Positions 34,135-46,106 are shown, numbered from the stretch's first letter. The stretch is DNA of 64,000 nt from an uncultured Acidobacteriota bacterium (GCA_963836075.1 CAWIIB010000001.1:768001-832000); one strand, 5' to 3'. Program-made: numbers and translations. Notes: generated by a model from the sequence alone, not told the origin.

Positions 34135-35231
34135 CCGCTGAAGAGATCCAGCAGCTCCCGGGCCGCCGCCGTGGCGGTGATTTCCCCCGCCATCACCGAG
34201 GCTTCCAGCTGCGGCAACCTGTCCCCCACCGCCTGGTGGGCCAGGAACCGCTCCCGCAGCTGCTGGCTGAGCAGGGCGTGCATCCAGTCCCGTTCCTGGT
34301 GGCGTCGTCGCTGCTGAAAGACACCGGAGTCCGAGGTTGAGCGGACAAAGGTCTCGATCATCTGCCAGAGGTCCGCAACACCGGCGGCGGTGAGGGCCGA
34401 TGCGGTGACCGCCCTGGTGGTCCAGCCCTCGGTGGCCGGCCGGATGTAGTGCAGTGCCTGCTGGTACTCGGCGCGGGTCAGCTCCGCGGCCCGCCGGTTG
34501 TCCCCGTCGGCCTTGTTCACCAGCACCGTATCGGCAAGTTCCATCACCCCCCGCTTGAGCCCCTGCAGTTCGTCCCCGGCCCCGGCCACCAGCACCAGCA
34601 GGAAAAAGTCGACCATCGAACGGACGGTGATCTCGGACTGGCCCACCCCGATGGTTTCCACCAGCACAACATCATAACCAGCAGCCTCGAAAAGCAGGAT
34701 CGTCTCCCGGGTCTTGCGGGAGACCCCGCCCAGGGTGCCGCCGGAGGGTGAGGGACGGATAAAGGCATGGCCGTTGACGGCCAGCCGTTCCATCCGTGTC
34801 TTGTCGCCGAGGATCGAGCCGCCGCTGCGGCTGCTGGAGGGGTCCACGGCGGTGACCGCCACCTGGTGCCCCCGGCCGGTGAGTTCCGCACCGAGGGTTT
34901 CGATGAGTGTGCTCTTCCCCGCTCCCGGCACACCGGTGATCCCCACCCGCACCGACCCGCCGGTGTGGGGCAGCAGACGTTTGAGCAACTCCTGACCTTG
35001 CTGGAAGTGCTCGGGGGCGTTGGATTCCACCAGGGTGATGGCCCGGGCCAGCCGGCCGCGGTCACCGGAAATGACGCCCTCGGCCAGGTCCGTCACGCTG
35101 ACCTCCGGCCGCCGGGCCGCGTCAGAGCCCGTTGCCGGCGGTCGGTTGCCGGGCAACCCCTCGTGCCCACCCCGCACACCCTGCACCACGTTCAGGGCCG
35201 ACTTCTTCTTTTTGAGTGGTCTTTTACTCAA
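34131..35231 (-). CDS. meaB: Methylmalonyl-CoA mutase-associated GTPase
   Basis: [34 protein letters not shown]; follows the mutase genes. Confidence 0.94.
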   Translation of the reverse strand: MSKRPLKKKKSALNVVQGVRGGHEGLPGNRPPATGSDAARRPEVSVTDLAEGVISGDRGRLARAITLVESNAPEHFQQGQELLKRLLPHTGGSVRVGITGVPGAGKSTLIETLGAELTGRGHQVAVTAVDPSSSRSGGSILGDKTRMERLAVNGHAFIRPSPSGGTLGGVSRKTRETILLFEAAGYDVVLVETIGVGQSEITVRSMVDFFLLVLVAGAGDELQGLKRGVMELADTVLVNKADGDNRRAAELTRAEYQQALHYIRPATEGWTTRAVTASALTAAGVADLWQMIETFVRSTSDSGVFQQRRRHQERDWMHALLSQQLRERFLAHQAVGDRLPQLEASVMAGEITATAAARELLDLFSG

Positions 35232-37380
35232 GCGAATACCCCAGGCGTCGGTTCAGTTCCTCCAGCAGCAGACCGGCCGCGTGGTGGATCACCGTGCCCG
35301 GGCCGAAGATGGCCGCGGCTCCGGCCCGGCGCAGTTCGTCGTAGTCCTGCGCCGGGATCACCCCGCCCACCACCACCATGATGTCCCCGCGGCCCAGGTC
35401 CTCCAGGGCACTGGTCAGCTTGGGGAGCAGGGTCTTGTGCCCGGCGGCCAGGGAGCTGAATCCCACCATGTGCACATCGTTCTCCACCGCCTGACGGGCG
35501 GCTTCCTCCGGCGTCTGGAACAGCGGCCCCACATCCACGTCGAACCCCAGGTCGGCCAGGGCGGTGGCCACCACCTTGGCCCCGCGGTCGTGTCCGTCCT
35601 GGCCCATCTTGGCCACCAGTATGCGCGGGCGGCGCCCCTCCTGCTGCTCAAAGGCCTTGATCAACTGTGCAAAGTTCTCGATCTCTTCTCCCCCGCCGTA
35701 TTCTCCGGAGTAGACACCGGAGATTGTCCGGATCTCTGCCTTGTGCCGGCCCCAGACACCCTCCAGGGCTCCCGAGATCTCACCGAGGCTGGCCCGGGCC
35801 CGGGCCGCTTGCACCGACAGCTCCAAAAGGTTGCCCTCGCCAGTGCGGGCGCAGCGGGCCAGAGCGGCCAGCGCCTGGTCCACCGCCCCATTATCCCTTT
35901 CCCGGCGGAGTTTTTCCAGACGGTGTACCTGCTGCCGGCGCACCTCGCTGTTGTCCACCTCGAGGATGTCGATGGGATCCTCGTGTTCCAGCCGGTAGCG
36001 GTTGACCCCGACGATGGTCTCCTGGCCCGAGTCGATATGAGCCTGGCGCCGGGCCGCCGATTCCTCGATGCGCATCTTGGGCAGGCCGCTCTCCACCGCC
36101 TTGACCATGCCCCCCAGTTCCTCCACCTCCCGGATGTGACCCCAGGCCCGGTGCGCCAGCTGGTGGGTCAGCGATTCGAGATAGTACGAACCGCCCCAGG
36201 GGTCCACCACCCGGCAGATCCCGGTCTCCTCCTGGAGGTAGAGCTGGGTATTGCGGGCGATGCGTGCGGAAAAGTCGGTGGGCAGGGCGATGGCCTCGTC
36301 CAGGGCATTGGTGTGCATCGACTGGGTTCCACCCAGGGCGGCGGCCATCCCCTCGATGCAGGTGCGCACCACGTTGTTGTACGGGTCCTGCTCGGCCAGG
36401 CTCCAGCCGGAGGTCTGGGAGTGGGTGCGCAGGGCCATGGACCTGGGGTCCCGGGGATCGAACTGCTTGACGATCCGGGCCCAGATCAGGCGCGCCGCAC
36501 GCATCTTGGCCACCTCCATGAAGTGGTTCATCCCCTGGCCCCAGAAGAAGGAAAGCCGTGGCGCGAAGTGATCGATGTCCAGGCCGGCGACGATCCCGGT
36601 GCGCAGGTATTCCAGACCGTCGGCCAGGGTGTAAGCCAGTTCCAGGTCGGCGGTGGCCCCGGCCTCCTGCATGTGGTAACCGGAGATGGAGATGCTGTTG
36701 AACTTCGGCATGCTGGCCGCGGTGAAGGAAAAAATGTCGGCAATGATGCGCATCGACTCCGCTGGGGGGTAGATGTAGGTGTTGCGCACCATGTATTCCT
36801 TGAGGATGTCGTTCTGGATCGTGCCGGCCAGCTCGTCCAGCCGCGCCCCCTGCTCCAGCGCGGCGACGATGTAGAACGCCAGCACCGGCAGTACCGCGCC
36901 GTTCATGGTCATGGAGACCGACATGCGGTTGAGCGGGATGTTGTCGAAGAGGATCTTCATGTCCAGCACCGAGTCGATGGCCACGCCGGCCATCCCCACG
37001 TCCCCCTCAACCCGGGGGTGGTCCGAGTCATACCCCCGGTGGGTGGCCAGATCGAAGGCCACGGAGAGCCCCTTTTGCCCGGCGGCCAGGTTGCGGCGGT
37101 AAAAGGCGTTGGACTCTTCGGCGGTGGAGAAGCCGGCGTATTGCCGCACCGTCCAGGGCCGGGTGACATACATGGTGGCGTAAGGCCCGCGAAGGAAGGG
37201 CGGCAGGCCGGCGAGGTGGTCGAGGTGCTCCAGGCCCGCCATGTCGGCCGCCGTGTAGAGCGGTCTGACGCCGATGCGCTCGTTGGTCATCCAGCGGTCC
37301 GGGCTGCCGGAGGCGGTACTGCCGCCGGTGGAATAGGCATGATCCAGGGAAACGTTGGAAAAATCGGGTATGCGGCTCAT
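35224..37380 (-). CDS. scpA: Methylmalonyl-CoA mutase, large (B12-binding) subunit
   Basis: [25 protein letters not shown]12 motif GQDGHDRG. Confidence 0.96.
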   Translation of the reverse strand: MSRIPDFSNVSLDHAYSTGGSTASGSPDRWMTNERIGVRPLYTAADMAGLEHLDHLAGLPPFLRGPYATMYVTRPWTVRQYAGFSTAEESNAFYRRNLAAGQKGLSVAFDLATHRGYDSDHPRVEGDVGMAGVAIDSVLDMKILFDNIPLNRMSVSMTMNGAVLPVLAFYIVAALEQGARLDELAGTIQNDILKEYMVRNTYIYPPAESMRIIADIFSFTAASMPKFNSISISGYHMQEAGATADLELAYTLADGLEYLRTGIVAGLDIDHFAPRLSFFWGQGMNHFMEVAKMRAARLIWARIVKQFDPRDPRSMALRTHSQTSGWSLAEQDPYNNVVRTCIEGMAAALGGTQSMHTNALDEAIALPTDFSARIARNTQLYLQEETGICRVVDPWGGSYYLESLTHQLAHRAWGHIREVEELGGMVKAVESGLPKMRIEESAARRQAHIDSGQETIVGVNRYRLEHEDPIDILEVDNSEVRRQQVHRLEKLRRERDNGAVDQALAALARCARTGEGNLLELSVQAARARASLGEISGALEGVWGRHKAEIRTISGVYSGEYGGGEEIENFAQLIKAFEQQEGRRPRILVAKMGQDGHDRGAKVVATALADLGFDVDVGPLFQTPEEAARQAVENDVHMVGFSSLAAGHKTLLPKLTSALEDLGRGDIMVVVGGVIPAQDYDELRRAGAAAIFGPGTVIHHAAGLLLEELNRRLGYSLE

Positions 37381-39230
37381 GACAACACCCCCGCCTGTTC
37401 GGCCAGTTCGCAGAGGATCTGCAGGACATCCGAGCGGAGGGTGATCCTCCGGCGGATCCCGGCCTCCCGGAATCGCTCCTCCTTCTCCGCCGGCCCGCCG
37501 GCCAGGTGCAGCACGAGGTCCGGATCCACGGCCAGCAACCGGGCAGCCAGACGGGGCACCAGTTCGTCGTGACGGTCGTCACGGGAGACGATACAGACCG
37601 CGGCCGGGCGGTGCTCCAGCAGTGCGGCCGCCACCTCTTCCTCCGTGTGGAATTCCAGGTCCCCCAGCACCCGGAACCCGCCCACCTGGTAGAAGCTGCG
37701 GATGAACTCCAGCCGGGCCATGTACCCGGCCGGCGGTCCCATGGCCGCCAGCAACACCCGGGGCGGGCCGCTTTTCGACACCCGGATGCGCAACTGCTCG
37801 AAGGGCGAGCCGCCGCGGAGGGGTATTGGCGCCCATACCATATTTTCCGGCAGCGCCTCGCCGGCGAGCGGGTACCGGTTGGTGCCCACCAGCACGTCCG
37901 TTCTGACGGCCAGCCGTTCCCGGCGCCTCGCCGCGGTGGCGGCCGCCATCTGCTGGGGCCGGCCGTCGCGCAGAGCCTGCGCCATCCCCCCGCCGGACTC
38001 GATCTCCTGGAACAGTTCCCAGGCCCGGCCGGCCAACTGGTCGGTGAGCGTTTCCACATACCACGATCCGCCAGCCGGGTCGGCCACCCGGTCGAAGTGG
38101 GACTCCTCGCGGAGGATCAGCTGGGTGTTGCGGGCCAGACGCCGCGAAAGCTCACCGGGGGGGCCGCAGCGCTCGTCAAAGGGCGCGAGGTGCAGGCTGC
38201 CGCAACCGCCGGCGATGGCGGCAAAGGCCTCGGTGGTAGTGCGCAGGATGTTGGTGTGCGGGTCCAGGAGCGTGCTGCTCCAGCCCGACGAGCGGGCGTG
38301 AAAAATCAGCTTCGCCGCCGAACCGTTGCCGCCGCAGGCCTCGACGATTCTTGACCAGACCAGGCGAGCGGCACGGAACTTGGCGATCTCGGTGAAAAAG
38401 TCGGTTCCCACGGCGAAACAGAACCAGCAGCTGCCGGCGGCCTGTTCCGGATCCAGCTGCCGCTTCTCCAGTTCCCGCAGCGCCTGAACCGCCGAGGCCA
38501 TGGCCAGCGCCAGCTCTTCCGCCGCACCAGCCCCGGCATCGTGCCAGGCACTGCCCTGGATCACGGTTGTCCGCAACCGGGGAGCGAATTCCGCGGCCCA
38601 GCGGGTAACCATCGCCTGGCCGTCCCAGACCTGCTCCAGGCTCACCGGCAGTTCGCCGTGCCGGGCCATCGGGTCGAATCCCAGGGCCCCGGTCAACCGG
38701 CTGACGTCAACATCGCGCCCGGCACAGAGGGCCCGGAGAAGTTCCGCAAATCCCGGGGCCGCCGGACCGGTATCGACGTAGAGCGGCGTCTGTTCCAGGT
38801 CCACCCCCTCCAGGGCCGTTTCCAGATCGGCGAGGGTGTCGATGGAAGTGCTGTCGAGCACCAGGTTCACCGCGGTCTGCCCCCGTTCCAGGTCGCGGCG
38901 CAGCAGGCGGTTGAATTCGGCTGGATCGGCAAATGGCAGTTCCTGGGCCACCTCCCAGCGGATCGCGGGCTGCCCCGGAGCCTCGGTGCCGCGGATGAAC
39001 GGCGGCAGCCCGGGGGACACGTGTTGATGCTCCAGCCCCGCCGTATCGGCGGCGGTATAGATCGGCCGCAGCCGAATCCCTTCGACGGTGGTGGTGAACA
39101 TCCGTTTTTCAAAGGACGCCCCCTTGAGCAGGCGGACCACCTCCTCCTGCCACTGGTCCAGGCCCGGCACCGGAAATCCCTCCAGCAATCGCTCTTCAGC
39201 CCCTGCCCCGTTCTCGCCGCTGCTCTTCAT
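37377..39230 (-). CDS. mutA: Methylmalonyl-CoA mutase, small subunit
   Basis: [39 protein letters not shown]; lacks the DxHxxG motif. Confidence 0.9.
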   Translation of the reverse strand: MKSSGENGAGAEERLLEGFPVPGLDQWQEEVVRLLKGASFEKRMFTTTVEGIRLRPIYTAADTAGLEHQHVSPGLPPFIRGTEAPGQPAIRWEVAQELPFADPAEFNRLLRRDLERGQTAVNLVLDSTSIDTLADLETALEGVDLEQTPLYVDTGPAAPGFAELLRALCAGRDVDVSRLTGALGFDPMARHGELPVSLEQVWDGQAMVTRWAAEFAPRLRTTVIQGSAWHDAGAGAAEELALAMASAVQALRELEKRQLDPEQAAGSCWFCFAVGTDFFTEIAKFRAARLVWSRIVEACGGNGSAAKLIFHARSSGWSSTLLDPHTNILRTTTEAFAAIAGGCGSLHLAPFDERCGPPGELSRRLARNTQLILREESHFDRVADPAGGSWYVETLTDQLAGRAWELFQEIESGGGMAQALRDGRPQQMAAATAARRRERLAVRTDVLVGTNRYPLAGEALPENMVWAPIPLRGGSPFEQLRIRVSKSGPPRVLLAAMGPPAGYMARLEFIRSFYQVGGFRVLGDLEFHTEEEVAAALLEHRPAAVCIVSRDDRHDELVPRLAARLLAVDPDLVLHLAGGPAEKEERFREAGIRRRITLRSDVLQILCELAEQAGVLS

Positions 39231-39328
39231 CGTCTCTCCCCCCTACTCCCGGCCGGTTTCATGCCCGGCCGGCACCGATGAGGAGCGTAATACAAAGCCC
39301 CTCCTCCATCAAGACGGAAATGCCGGAA

Positions 39329-39449
39329 CGGGGACCCCTACCTGTTGATGGAATAGCTGAAGAAAGACCCACAATCACTGTGGTAACTGTCCCCGCCTTT
39401 TTCAAACAATTGATAAATGGAGGGATAGACAAGGTGGTAGCTGTCCCCG
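39329..39449. repeat. Three copies of a GGTA(A/G)CTGTCCCCG-like motif (one inverted), REP-like
   Basis: GTGGTAACTGTCCCCG at 39380, GTGGTAGCTGTCCCCG at 39434, inverted CGGGGACCCCTACC at 39329. Confidence 0.55.
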
Positions 39450-39507
39450 TCTTGTTGTATGGTATTTGGGAGCGCAAACCCGGGAAACATCAGGAGGAGG
39501 TGGGATC

Positions 39508-39897
39508 ATGTTCTGCCCCAAGTGCGGTGGGGAGTATGTCGACGGCATCACCAGCTGTCCCGAGTGCACTGTTGACCTGATCCATGAACCGCCGGCCGAA
39601 CCGGCGATTGACGAGGAAGACGCCCTGGTGGCGGTGCTGCGCACCGGAGACCCGCTGGTGGTGGCCCTGGCCAAGTCGCTCCTTGACGGGGCCGGCATCG
39701 ACTTCTTTGTCAAGGGCGAAGGGCTCCAGGACCTCTTCGCCTTTGGACGGGTGGGCACCGGCTTCAGCCCGATCACCGGGCCGGCCGAGTTCCAGGTCCG
39801 CCGCTACAAGGAGGCTGAGGCCCGGGCCGTGCTGGCCGATGTCTACCTGGACCAGGACGAGAACGAGGGCAAAGACAGGGACGAAGACGAGGATTAA
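39508..39897 (+). CDS. Zinc-ribbon plus DUF2007-like protein
   Basis: CPKC..EY.....CPEC, then LAKSLLDGAGI; AGGAGG RBS. Confidence 0.8.
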   Translation: MFCPKCGGEYVDGITSCPECTVDLIHEPPAEPAIDEEDALVAVLRTGDPLVVALAKSLLDGAGIDFFVKGEGLQDLFAFGRVGTGFSPITGPAEFQVRRYKEAEARAVLADVYLDQDENEGKDRDEDED

Positions 39898-40078
39898 CGG
39901 GTGCCGGCCGCCGTCAACCACCGGGTGGCAGAATTGACAACCCGTTGATTTTCATAGTACATTCGCCCGTACATTCCCGGATCGGGGCACACGGTGAAGC
40001 GCGGTGGGCGAACGCCGCACCCACGCCCGCCAGACGCAGTTTTGCCCTGCCAGATACATTTTGAAAGGATTCCCGCTG

Positions 40079-41338
40079 ATGAAAGAGACGGTTCTTGACC
40101 GCTTCCTGCGCTACGTGAAAATCGACACCCAGTCGGCTGAAGGCGTGGAGGACTTCCCCAGCACCGCCAAGCAGTTCGACCTGCTGAAGCTGCTCCGTGA
40201 CGAACTGACCGACCTCGGCCTGGAGGATGTGGAGCTGGACAAGCACGGCTACGTCACCGCCACCCTGCCGGCAAACTTGCCACCGGACCACCCGGCCCCG
40301 GACAAGGTCCCCGCGGTGGCCTTCCTGGCCCACGTGGACACCTCGCCCGATGTCACGGGCAAGGACGTCAAGCCGCAGATTCACCAGAACTACCAGGGCG
40401 GCGACATCCAGCTTCCCGGCGACCCGGAACAGGTGATCCGCGCTGCGGATAACCCGCAACTGAAGACAGCCGTGGGCTGCGACATCGTCACCACCGACGG
40501 CACCACCCTGCTGGGCGCCGACGACAAGGCCGGCATCGCCGAAATCATGACCGCCCTAGACCGTTTCATCTCCGACCCGAGCCTTCACCACGGCCCGATC
40601 AAGATCGGCTTCACCCCCGACGAGGAGGTGGGCCGGGGCGTGGACTTCTTCGACGTGGAAAAGTTCGGTGCCGATATCGCCTACACCCTTGACGGCAGCG
40701 TGCTGGGCGAGATCGAGGACGAGACATTCAACGCCAGCGGCGCGCTGTTCAAGATCCAGGGCATCAACGTCCACCCCGGATATGCCAAGGGCAAGATGGT
40801 CAATGCCCTGCGCGTGGCCGCCGACATCGTCTCACGGCTGCCCTTCAACATGTCTCCCGAGACCACTGAAAAACGGGAAGGGTACCTGCACCCTCACGGG
40901 ATCGAGGGGGGCACCGACCAGGCAATGCTCAAGGTGCTGATCCGCGACTTCGACCTGGAGGGCATGGAGGAGAAGGGCAAACAGCTGGGTCTGATCCGCG
41001 ACGAAGTGGCCGCGGCCTGGCCCGGAGCCAAGATCGACCTGGAGATCAAGGAATCGTACCGCAACATGCGGCTCAAACTGGACGAGGACCCGCGGGCGGT
41101 GGAGTATGCCATGGAGGCCATCCGCCGCGCCGGGTACGAACCGCACAAGGAACTGATCCGCGGCGGCACCGACGGTGCCCGGCTCTGCTACATGGGACTG
41201 CTCACCCCCAATCTCTTTGCCGGCGGGGTGAACTTCCACAGCAAGCTGGAATGGGTGCCGGTGCAGTGGATGGAGGCGGCGGTGGAGACCATCGTAAAGC
41301 TGGCCGGGGTCTGGCTGGAGAAGAGCGCTGACGCATAA
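40079..41338 (+). CDS. pepT: Peptidase T
   Basis: RFLRYVKIDTQS, AHVDTS, LLGADDKAG, TPDEEVGRG, IRGGTDG, NFHS. Confidence 0.95.
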   Translation: MKETVLDRFLRYVKIDTQSAEGVEDFPSTAKQFDLLKLLRDELTDLGLEDVELDKHGYVTATLPANLPPDHPAPDKVPAVAFLAHVDTSPDVTGKDVKPQIHQNYQGGDIQLPGDPEQVIRAADNPQLKTAVGCDIVTTDGTTLLGADDKAGIAEIMTALDRFISDPSLHHGPIKIGFTPDEEVGRGVDFFDVEKFGADIAYTLDGSVLGEIEDETFNASGALFKIQGINVHPGYAKGKMVNALRVAADIVSRLPFNMSPETTEKREGYLHPHGIEGGTDQAMLKVLIRDFDLEGMEEKGKQLGLIRDEVAAAWPGAKIDLEIKESYRNMRLKLDEDPRAVEYAMEAIRRAGYEPHKELIRGGTDGARLCYMGLLTPNLFAGGVNFHSKLEWVPVQWMEAAVETIVKLAGVWLEKSADA

Positions 41339-41353
41339 ACCCGAGGAGGAACC

Positions 41354-43381
41354 ATGGATCACTCCGGAAACCAGAATTTGAGTCTGCCGGAAAATGCTTA
41401 CCGCAAGCTCAAGGAGGGGGAGGAATATCTCCCCGTGGTGCCCAACGATAACCCCCTGCCCGAACTGACGCCCTACTCGCTGCTCTTCGGGCTGTTCTAT
41501 GCCGTGCTCTTCTCGGCAGCTGCGGCCTACCTCGGGTTGAAGATCGGTCAGGTCTTCGAGGCGGCGATCCCCATCGCCATCCTGGCCGTGGGCATGTCGG
41601 TGCTGATCAACAAGAAGCACAGCCTTTCCCAGAACGTGATCATCCAGTCCATCGGCGCCTCCTCGGGTGTGGTGGTGGCCGGCGCCATCTTCACCATCCC
41701 CGGGCTCTACATCCTGAACATCGAAGCCAGCTTCATGCAGGTCTTCCTCGCCTCGCTGCTGGGCGGTTTTCTGGGCATCCTTTTCCTGATCCCCTTCCGC
41801 CGCTACTTTGTCAAGGACATGCACGGCGAGTTCCCCTTCCCCGAAGCCACCGCCACCACCGAGGTGCTGGTGGCCGGCGAGGCCGGCGGCGACCAGGCCA
41901 AGATCCTGGTCATCGGCGCCGCGGTGGGCGGCCTCTACGACTTCCTGGTTTCCGGTGTCGGCGCCTGGAAGGAAGTGGTCTCCACTGCGGTGTTCCAGAC
42001 CACCACCTGGGGCAACTTCGTCTATGACAAGCTGAAACTGGAGTTCCGCCTCAATGTCGGCGCGGCGGTGATGGGCCTGGGCTACATCGTCGGCCTCAAA
42101 TACGCCGCGATCATCGCCGCCGGTTCGTTCCTCGCCTGGTGGGTGCTGATCCCGCTGGTCTACATGATCGGCGCCCAGGTGCCCGAACCGTTCATGACCC
42201 AGACCGGCCTGACCATCAGCCAGATGACCCCCATCGACATCTTCTACGAGTACGTCCGGCACGTGGGCATCGGCGGCATCGCCGCCGCCGGGATCATCGG
42301 CATCATCAAGTCCCGCTCGATCATCTACGGCGCCTTCAAGCTGGCGGGCAGCGAGATCTTCGGCGCCGGCCGCAGCGGCGGACCGGTCTCCGAGGAGCGG
42401 GTGCAGACCGACATCCGGATGAAGTGGGTGGTAACCATGATGGTGGCCACCCTGCTGGGCGTCTTCCTCTTCTTCTACGTCGGGGTGGTGGATTTCAGCC
42501 TGTGGCACGCCGTCGTCGGCCTGCTGATCGTCACCGTCATCGCCTTCCTCTTCACCACCGTGGCCGCCCGGGCCATCGCCATCGTCGGCACCAACCCGGT
42601 CTCCGGCATGACCCTGATGACCCTGATTCTCAGCTCGGTGATCCTGGTCAAGGTTGGACTCACCGGCGAGAAGGGCATTCTGGCCGCGCTGCTCATCGGC
42701 GGGGTGGTCTGCACCGCCCTCTCCATGGCCGGCGGCTTTATCACCGACCTGAAGATCGGCTACTGGCTGGGCACCACGCCGCGGACCCAGGAACGGTGGA
42801 AGTTTCTGGGCACCATTGTCTCCGCCGCATCGGTGGGCGTGGTGATCCTGATGCTGCACCAGACGTACGGGTTCGGTCCCGGCGGTCTGGAAGCGCCCCA
42901 GGCTTCGGCCATGGCGGCGGTGATCGAACCGCTGATGACCGGTCAACCGGCGCCCTGGCTGGCCTACCTGGCCGGCATCTTCATGGCCATCGTACTGGAG
43001 ATGATCGGCGTGCCGCCGCTGGCCTTCGCCCTGGGCATGTATCTGCCGATCCATCTCAACGCGCCGATCCTGGCCGGCGGGATCATCGCCCACATCGTCT
43101 CCACCGGCTCAAAGGACGAGAAGCTGAACCTGGCCCGCAAGGAGAAGGGAACACTGATCGCCTCCGGCTTCATTGCCGGCGGCGCGATCATGGGTGTGCT
43201 CGCAGCGGCGATAAACTTCTTCGGCATGAAGTTAAATGGTGAAGGCTGGTCGCTGATGAACATGCTGCACCTCGAGCACTGGGCCGAGGAGTCCATGGGC
43301 GGTGAACTGCTGGGCTTCGTGATGTTCCTCTGCCTCTGCGCCTACATGATCTGGTTCTCCAAGCGGGTGAAGCCGGAATAA
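41354..43381 (+). CDS. OPT family oligopeptide transporter (second paralogue)
   Basis: AYLGLKIG, FPFPEA, TNPVSG, TDLKIG, APQA. Confidence 0.93.
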   Translation: MDHSGNQNLSLPENAYRKLKEGEEYLPVVPNDNPLPELTPYSLLFGLFYAVLFSAAAAYLGLKIGQVFEAAIPIAILAVGMSVLINKKHSLSQNVIIQSIGASSGVVVAGAIFTIPGLYILNIEASFMQVFLASLLGGFLGILFLIPFRRYFVKDMHGEFPFPEATATTEVLVAGEAGGDQAKILVIGAAVGGLYDFLVSGVGAWKEVVSTAVFQTTTWGNFVYDKLKLEFRLNVGAAVMGLGYIVGLKYAAIIAAGSFLAWWVLIPLVYMIGAQVPEPFMTQTGLTISQMTPIDIFYEYVRHVGIGGIAAAGIIGIIKSRSIIYGAFKLAGSEIFGAGRSGGPVSEERVQTDIRMKWVVTMMVATLLGVFLFFYVGVVDFSLWHAVVGLLIVTVIAFLFTTVAARAIAIVGTNPVSGMTLMTLILSSVILVKVGLTGEKGILAALLIGGVVCTALSMAGGFITDLKIGYWLGTTPRTQERWKFLGTIVSAASVGVVILMLHQTYGFGPGGLEAPQASAMAAVIEPLMTGQPAPWLAYLAGIFMAIVLEMIGVPPLAFALGMYLPIHLNAPILAGGIIAHIVSTGSKDEKLNLARKEKGTLIASGFIAGGAIMGVLAAAINFFGMKLNGEGWSLMNMLHLEHWAEESMGGELLGFVMFLCLCAYMIWFSKRVKPE

Positions 43382-43388
43382 CGCTCCG

Positions 43389-43727
43389 ATGAAACCGATC
43401 CACATCCAGACGGCGGCCCTGGCCGCGGCAACAGCCGCGGCCGTGGGCCTGCTGCTCTGGCTTACCGCAGGCAGCGGCCGGATGCCGATCCTCCCCGTAC
43501 ATCAGGCCCGGCCCCTGGAGCTTACCGAACCGGGGACCCCATTGATCCTGCAGTGGGACCCCGTTGACGGCGCTGAGGGCTACGAGGTGGAAATCCTCGA
43601 GGCCGCCACCGGCCTGCCCGCTCTGAGCGGCCGGACAGATGAAACAACGTGGTCGCCCGGCGAAGCGGGCGATCTGCTGGACCGTGAGAAGCAATGGCTC
43701 TGGAGAGTGACAGCGGAATCTCGGTGA
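43389..43727 (+). CDS. Small exported protein with an FN3-like pattern
   Basis: N-terminal hydrophobic helix; W.PVDGA.GY.V.I...WRVTA. Overlaps the next gene by 34 nt. Confidence 0.5.
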   Translation: MKPIHIQTAALAAATAAAVGLLLWLTAGSGRMPILPVHQARPLELTEPGTPLILQWDPVDGAEGYEVEILEAATGLPALSGRTDETTWSPGEAGDLLDREKQWLWRVTAESR

Positions 43728-44416
43728 TCATCCCCGCACGTGACGAGGAGCAGACCATCGGCCTGGTGGTGGGCGACTGTCTCCGGGTGCTGGGGGAGAT
43801 GGGCCTGGACCACGAAGTCATCGTGGTGGACGACGGATCATCGGACGGCACGGCCCGCGCGGTGGAAGGCCTGGACTGCACGCTGCTTGGCATTGACGGG
43901 CCGGCCCACGGCAAGGGCGTTGCCTTGCGGAAGGGCTTTGCCGCGGCCCGGCACCAGACCTTCCTGATGCTCGACGCCGACTATTCCCACCGCGCCGAGG
44001 ATATCCCGCTGCTCTGGGAGGAGTTCCGCAAGGGCTATGGCCTGGTGGTGGCCGACCGGCTGATCGGCGGCAGTGACGAGTACACCTTTTCCCGCTGCTA
44101 CGGCAACCTTTTCCTCACCACCGTCTTCTCCACCCTCTTCGGCGTCCAGCTCAACGACTCGCTCAACGGGTTCAAGATCTTTGACCGCACGGTCTTCGAC
44201 AGTTTCACTTACACCGCCGAGGACTTCTCCATCGAGATCGAGCTGCTGTCCAACACCAAGCGCCTCGGCCTGAGCATCGGCCAGATCCGCTCCCACGAGC
44301 GGGCCCGCCAGGGCGGCCGGGCCAAGAGCTTCGCCTTCCGCCACGGCTTCTCCTTCCTCTTCCGCATCCTCCACGAACGCTGGCGAAAACCGGAAAAACG
44401 AAACCCGGGCCCCTAG
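43694..44416 (+). CDS. GT2 glycosyltransferase (DPM/polyprenol-P-sugar synthase-like)
   Basis: VIIPARDEE, VVDDGSSDGT, GKGVA, LDADYSH, F.IEIE. Confidence 0.9.
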   Translation: MALESDSGISVIIPARDEEQTIGLVVGDCLRVLGEMGLDHEVIVVDDGSSDGTARAVEGLDCTLLGIDGPAHGKGVALRKGFAAARHQTFLMLDADYSHRAEDIPLLWEEFRKGYGLVVADRLIGGSDEYTFSRCYGNLFLTTVFSTLFGVQLNDSLNGFKIFDRTVFDSFTYTAEDFSIEIELLSNTKRLGLSIGQIRSHERARQGGRAKSFAFRHGFSFLFRILHERWRKPEKRNPGP

Positions 44417-44452
44417 TCCATCCTGTCGTCCCAACCGTGGAGCCCCTATCGG

Positions 44453-44863
44453 CTACTCTTCCCCGCTCTCGCCAACGACCTGCCTCTGGTAGTCGGCTTC
44501 ATCGAAATGCCCCAGGGACACTGCGATCAGGCCTTCATCGCCGAAGGTCCATTCCTCGTACCCGCTGATCCGCACGGCCCTGCCGGAGCCTCCAGGACCG
44601 GTGTTCGTGCCGGTCAGGGTCCAGCGATACACACAGTGGTCATCAGCCACGCTGATGTCGTCCATGGCCACAATCATGTCCGGAAAAGCGGTCATGAAGT
44701 CCTGTGCCGCGGCGGAGATCGCCGCGCGCCCAACCGACGGGCTCCCCTCATTGATCTTCAGCGAACCGCTCTCGGAATAAAATGAAGCGACACGAGCGGC
44801 ATCCTGACTGCACCAGGCCGACGTGTAGTTCGACGCGAACGCTTTCAGCTTTTCGGAATCCAT
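44453..44863 (-). CDS. SnoaL/NTF2-like protein (ester cyclase family)
   Basis: Y.SAWCSQD, AFPD, RWTLTGTNTGPGG.GR; GGAGG RBS. In frame with the upstream hydrolase tail. Confidence 0.8.
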   Translation of the reverse strand: MDSEKLKAFASNYTSAWCSQDAARVASFYSESGSLKINEGSPSVGRAAISAAAQDFMTAFPDMIVAMDDISVADDHCVYRWTLTGTNTGPGGSGRAVRISGYEEWTFGDEGLIAVSLGHFDEADYQRQVVGESGEE

Positions 44864-45965
44864 CGGCATTCCTCCCGGTGCGCATTCAAAACTCTCGAAG
44901 AACCGTATCAGTTTGACGGCATTTTCCTCCGAGACCTCGATCCCCCACATATCGCAAAACGTACGGAACGTTTCCAGGTTGACATCGTGGTTGTAGGAAC
45001 CGAAGGAGCGGTCGATTCTCCCCTCCAGACCGACGTTGACGTCCAGCATCAACAGCGGCGCCTCGCAGGAGAGGTCGAAGCTGCTCAGCGAGAGGCGCCG
45101 GACAGCGGGACCGGCCACGGTGCGAAAGTGGACTTCCCGCCTGGCGATGTCGAAGACCACGTTCCATCTGGTGTACAGGTTCGCCGAACCAGTCGCTCCA
45201 CCAGCTCCTGGGGGCCACCACCGTTTTGGTCAACACCTGAAGCGAGTAGTCCACCGGTGAGACGCCTTTTTCGGGGTTGAAGCGCTGAATACTGTCCGCC
45301 GCGGCGGCAACACGCTGGACAGACCGACCCGGATTGTCCGCCGGAATAACGCCCCTTTCAATAAATGCAACTCCGGCATCATAAGGCGCATTGGCCAGGG
45401 CCCTGACCGGCAGGTTCTCGCCGGTGTGATAGACGAACCGGCCGTCCAGAAATTCGAGTGTTGCGCACTCCCCGTTTTCGTCCACCACCATGTAGTGACT
45501 GGAGCACTCGTGCTGGGTCAGCCTCACCGGTGAAACGGCCTCGAAGACCTCCTCGACGCTGCGGCAGGTGTCCAGCACATACTGGACCAGCAGGGCTTCG
45601 CTGAGCGGCGGCCGCTCATCGGGGTCCGGGCACCTCGAGGCCATGAGCTGCATCGTGCTCATGGCCAGGCCGGCCTCGTTCATCCCGCTCCACGGCAGTT
45701 CGCGCCCCACCAGGTTGAACGTCACACTTCCGTACCTGGAGACCCATTTCGCGGTTTCGCCAGATGTGCCGGTGAAGTAGCCTTCCTTGGCGATGCCGCG
45801 CCGGTTGATGAAAAGGTGACCCTCGCCGGTGGTCAAATCAAGGTTTGCCGCGAGAAACGGACCGTGGGAAGTGTCGAGGGAAAAGGATGTGCATGCGCGA
45901 GGCGGGGCAGACAGTGAACTGGTCAGCAACAGGCAACCGATTGTAACCGTGATTAGAACGCGCAT
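44864..45965 (-). CDS. Secreted linear amide C-N hydrolase (penicillin V acylase/choloylglycine hydrolase family), apparent frameshift at about 45178
   Basis: Signal peptide then CTSF (N-terminal Cys nucleophile), NLD, SGMNEAGL; TRWNVVFD continues in the shifted frame. Confidence 0.8.
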
Positions 45966-46106
45966 CTTTGGCCAATTGACGGGCGCTCGGTATATGAAAA
46001 GCATGTGACCGGGCCCGTGAGGTTTTCGATCCGCTGTGTGAGCCGGGATCGGTCGATACATGTGACAGCTCTCCTCTGAATCGACGTCACACCTCAACCT
46101 GAAGAA

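Noticed and set aside
39231-39330. Cobalamin riboswitch upstream of mutA
   Set aside because: Only a GC hairpin near 39249-39272; B12-box motifs not found.
39329-39449. Possible mini-CRISPR array
   Set aside because: Only two direct 16-bp repeats, too short, and no cas genes in the window.
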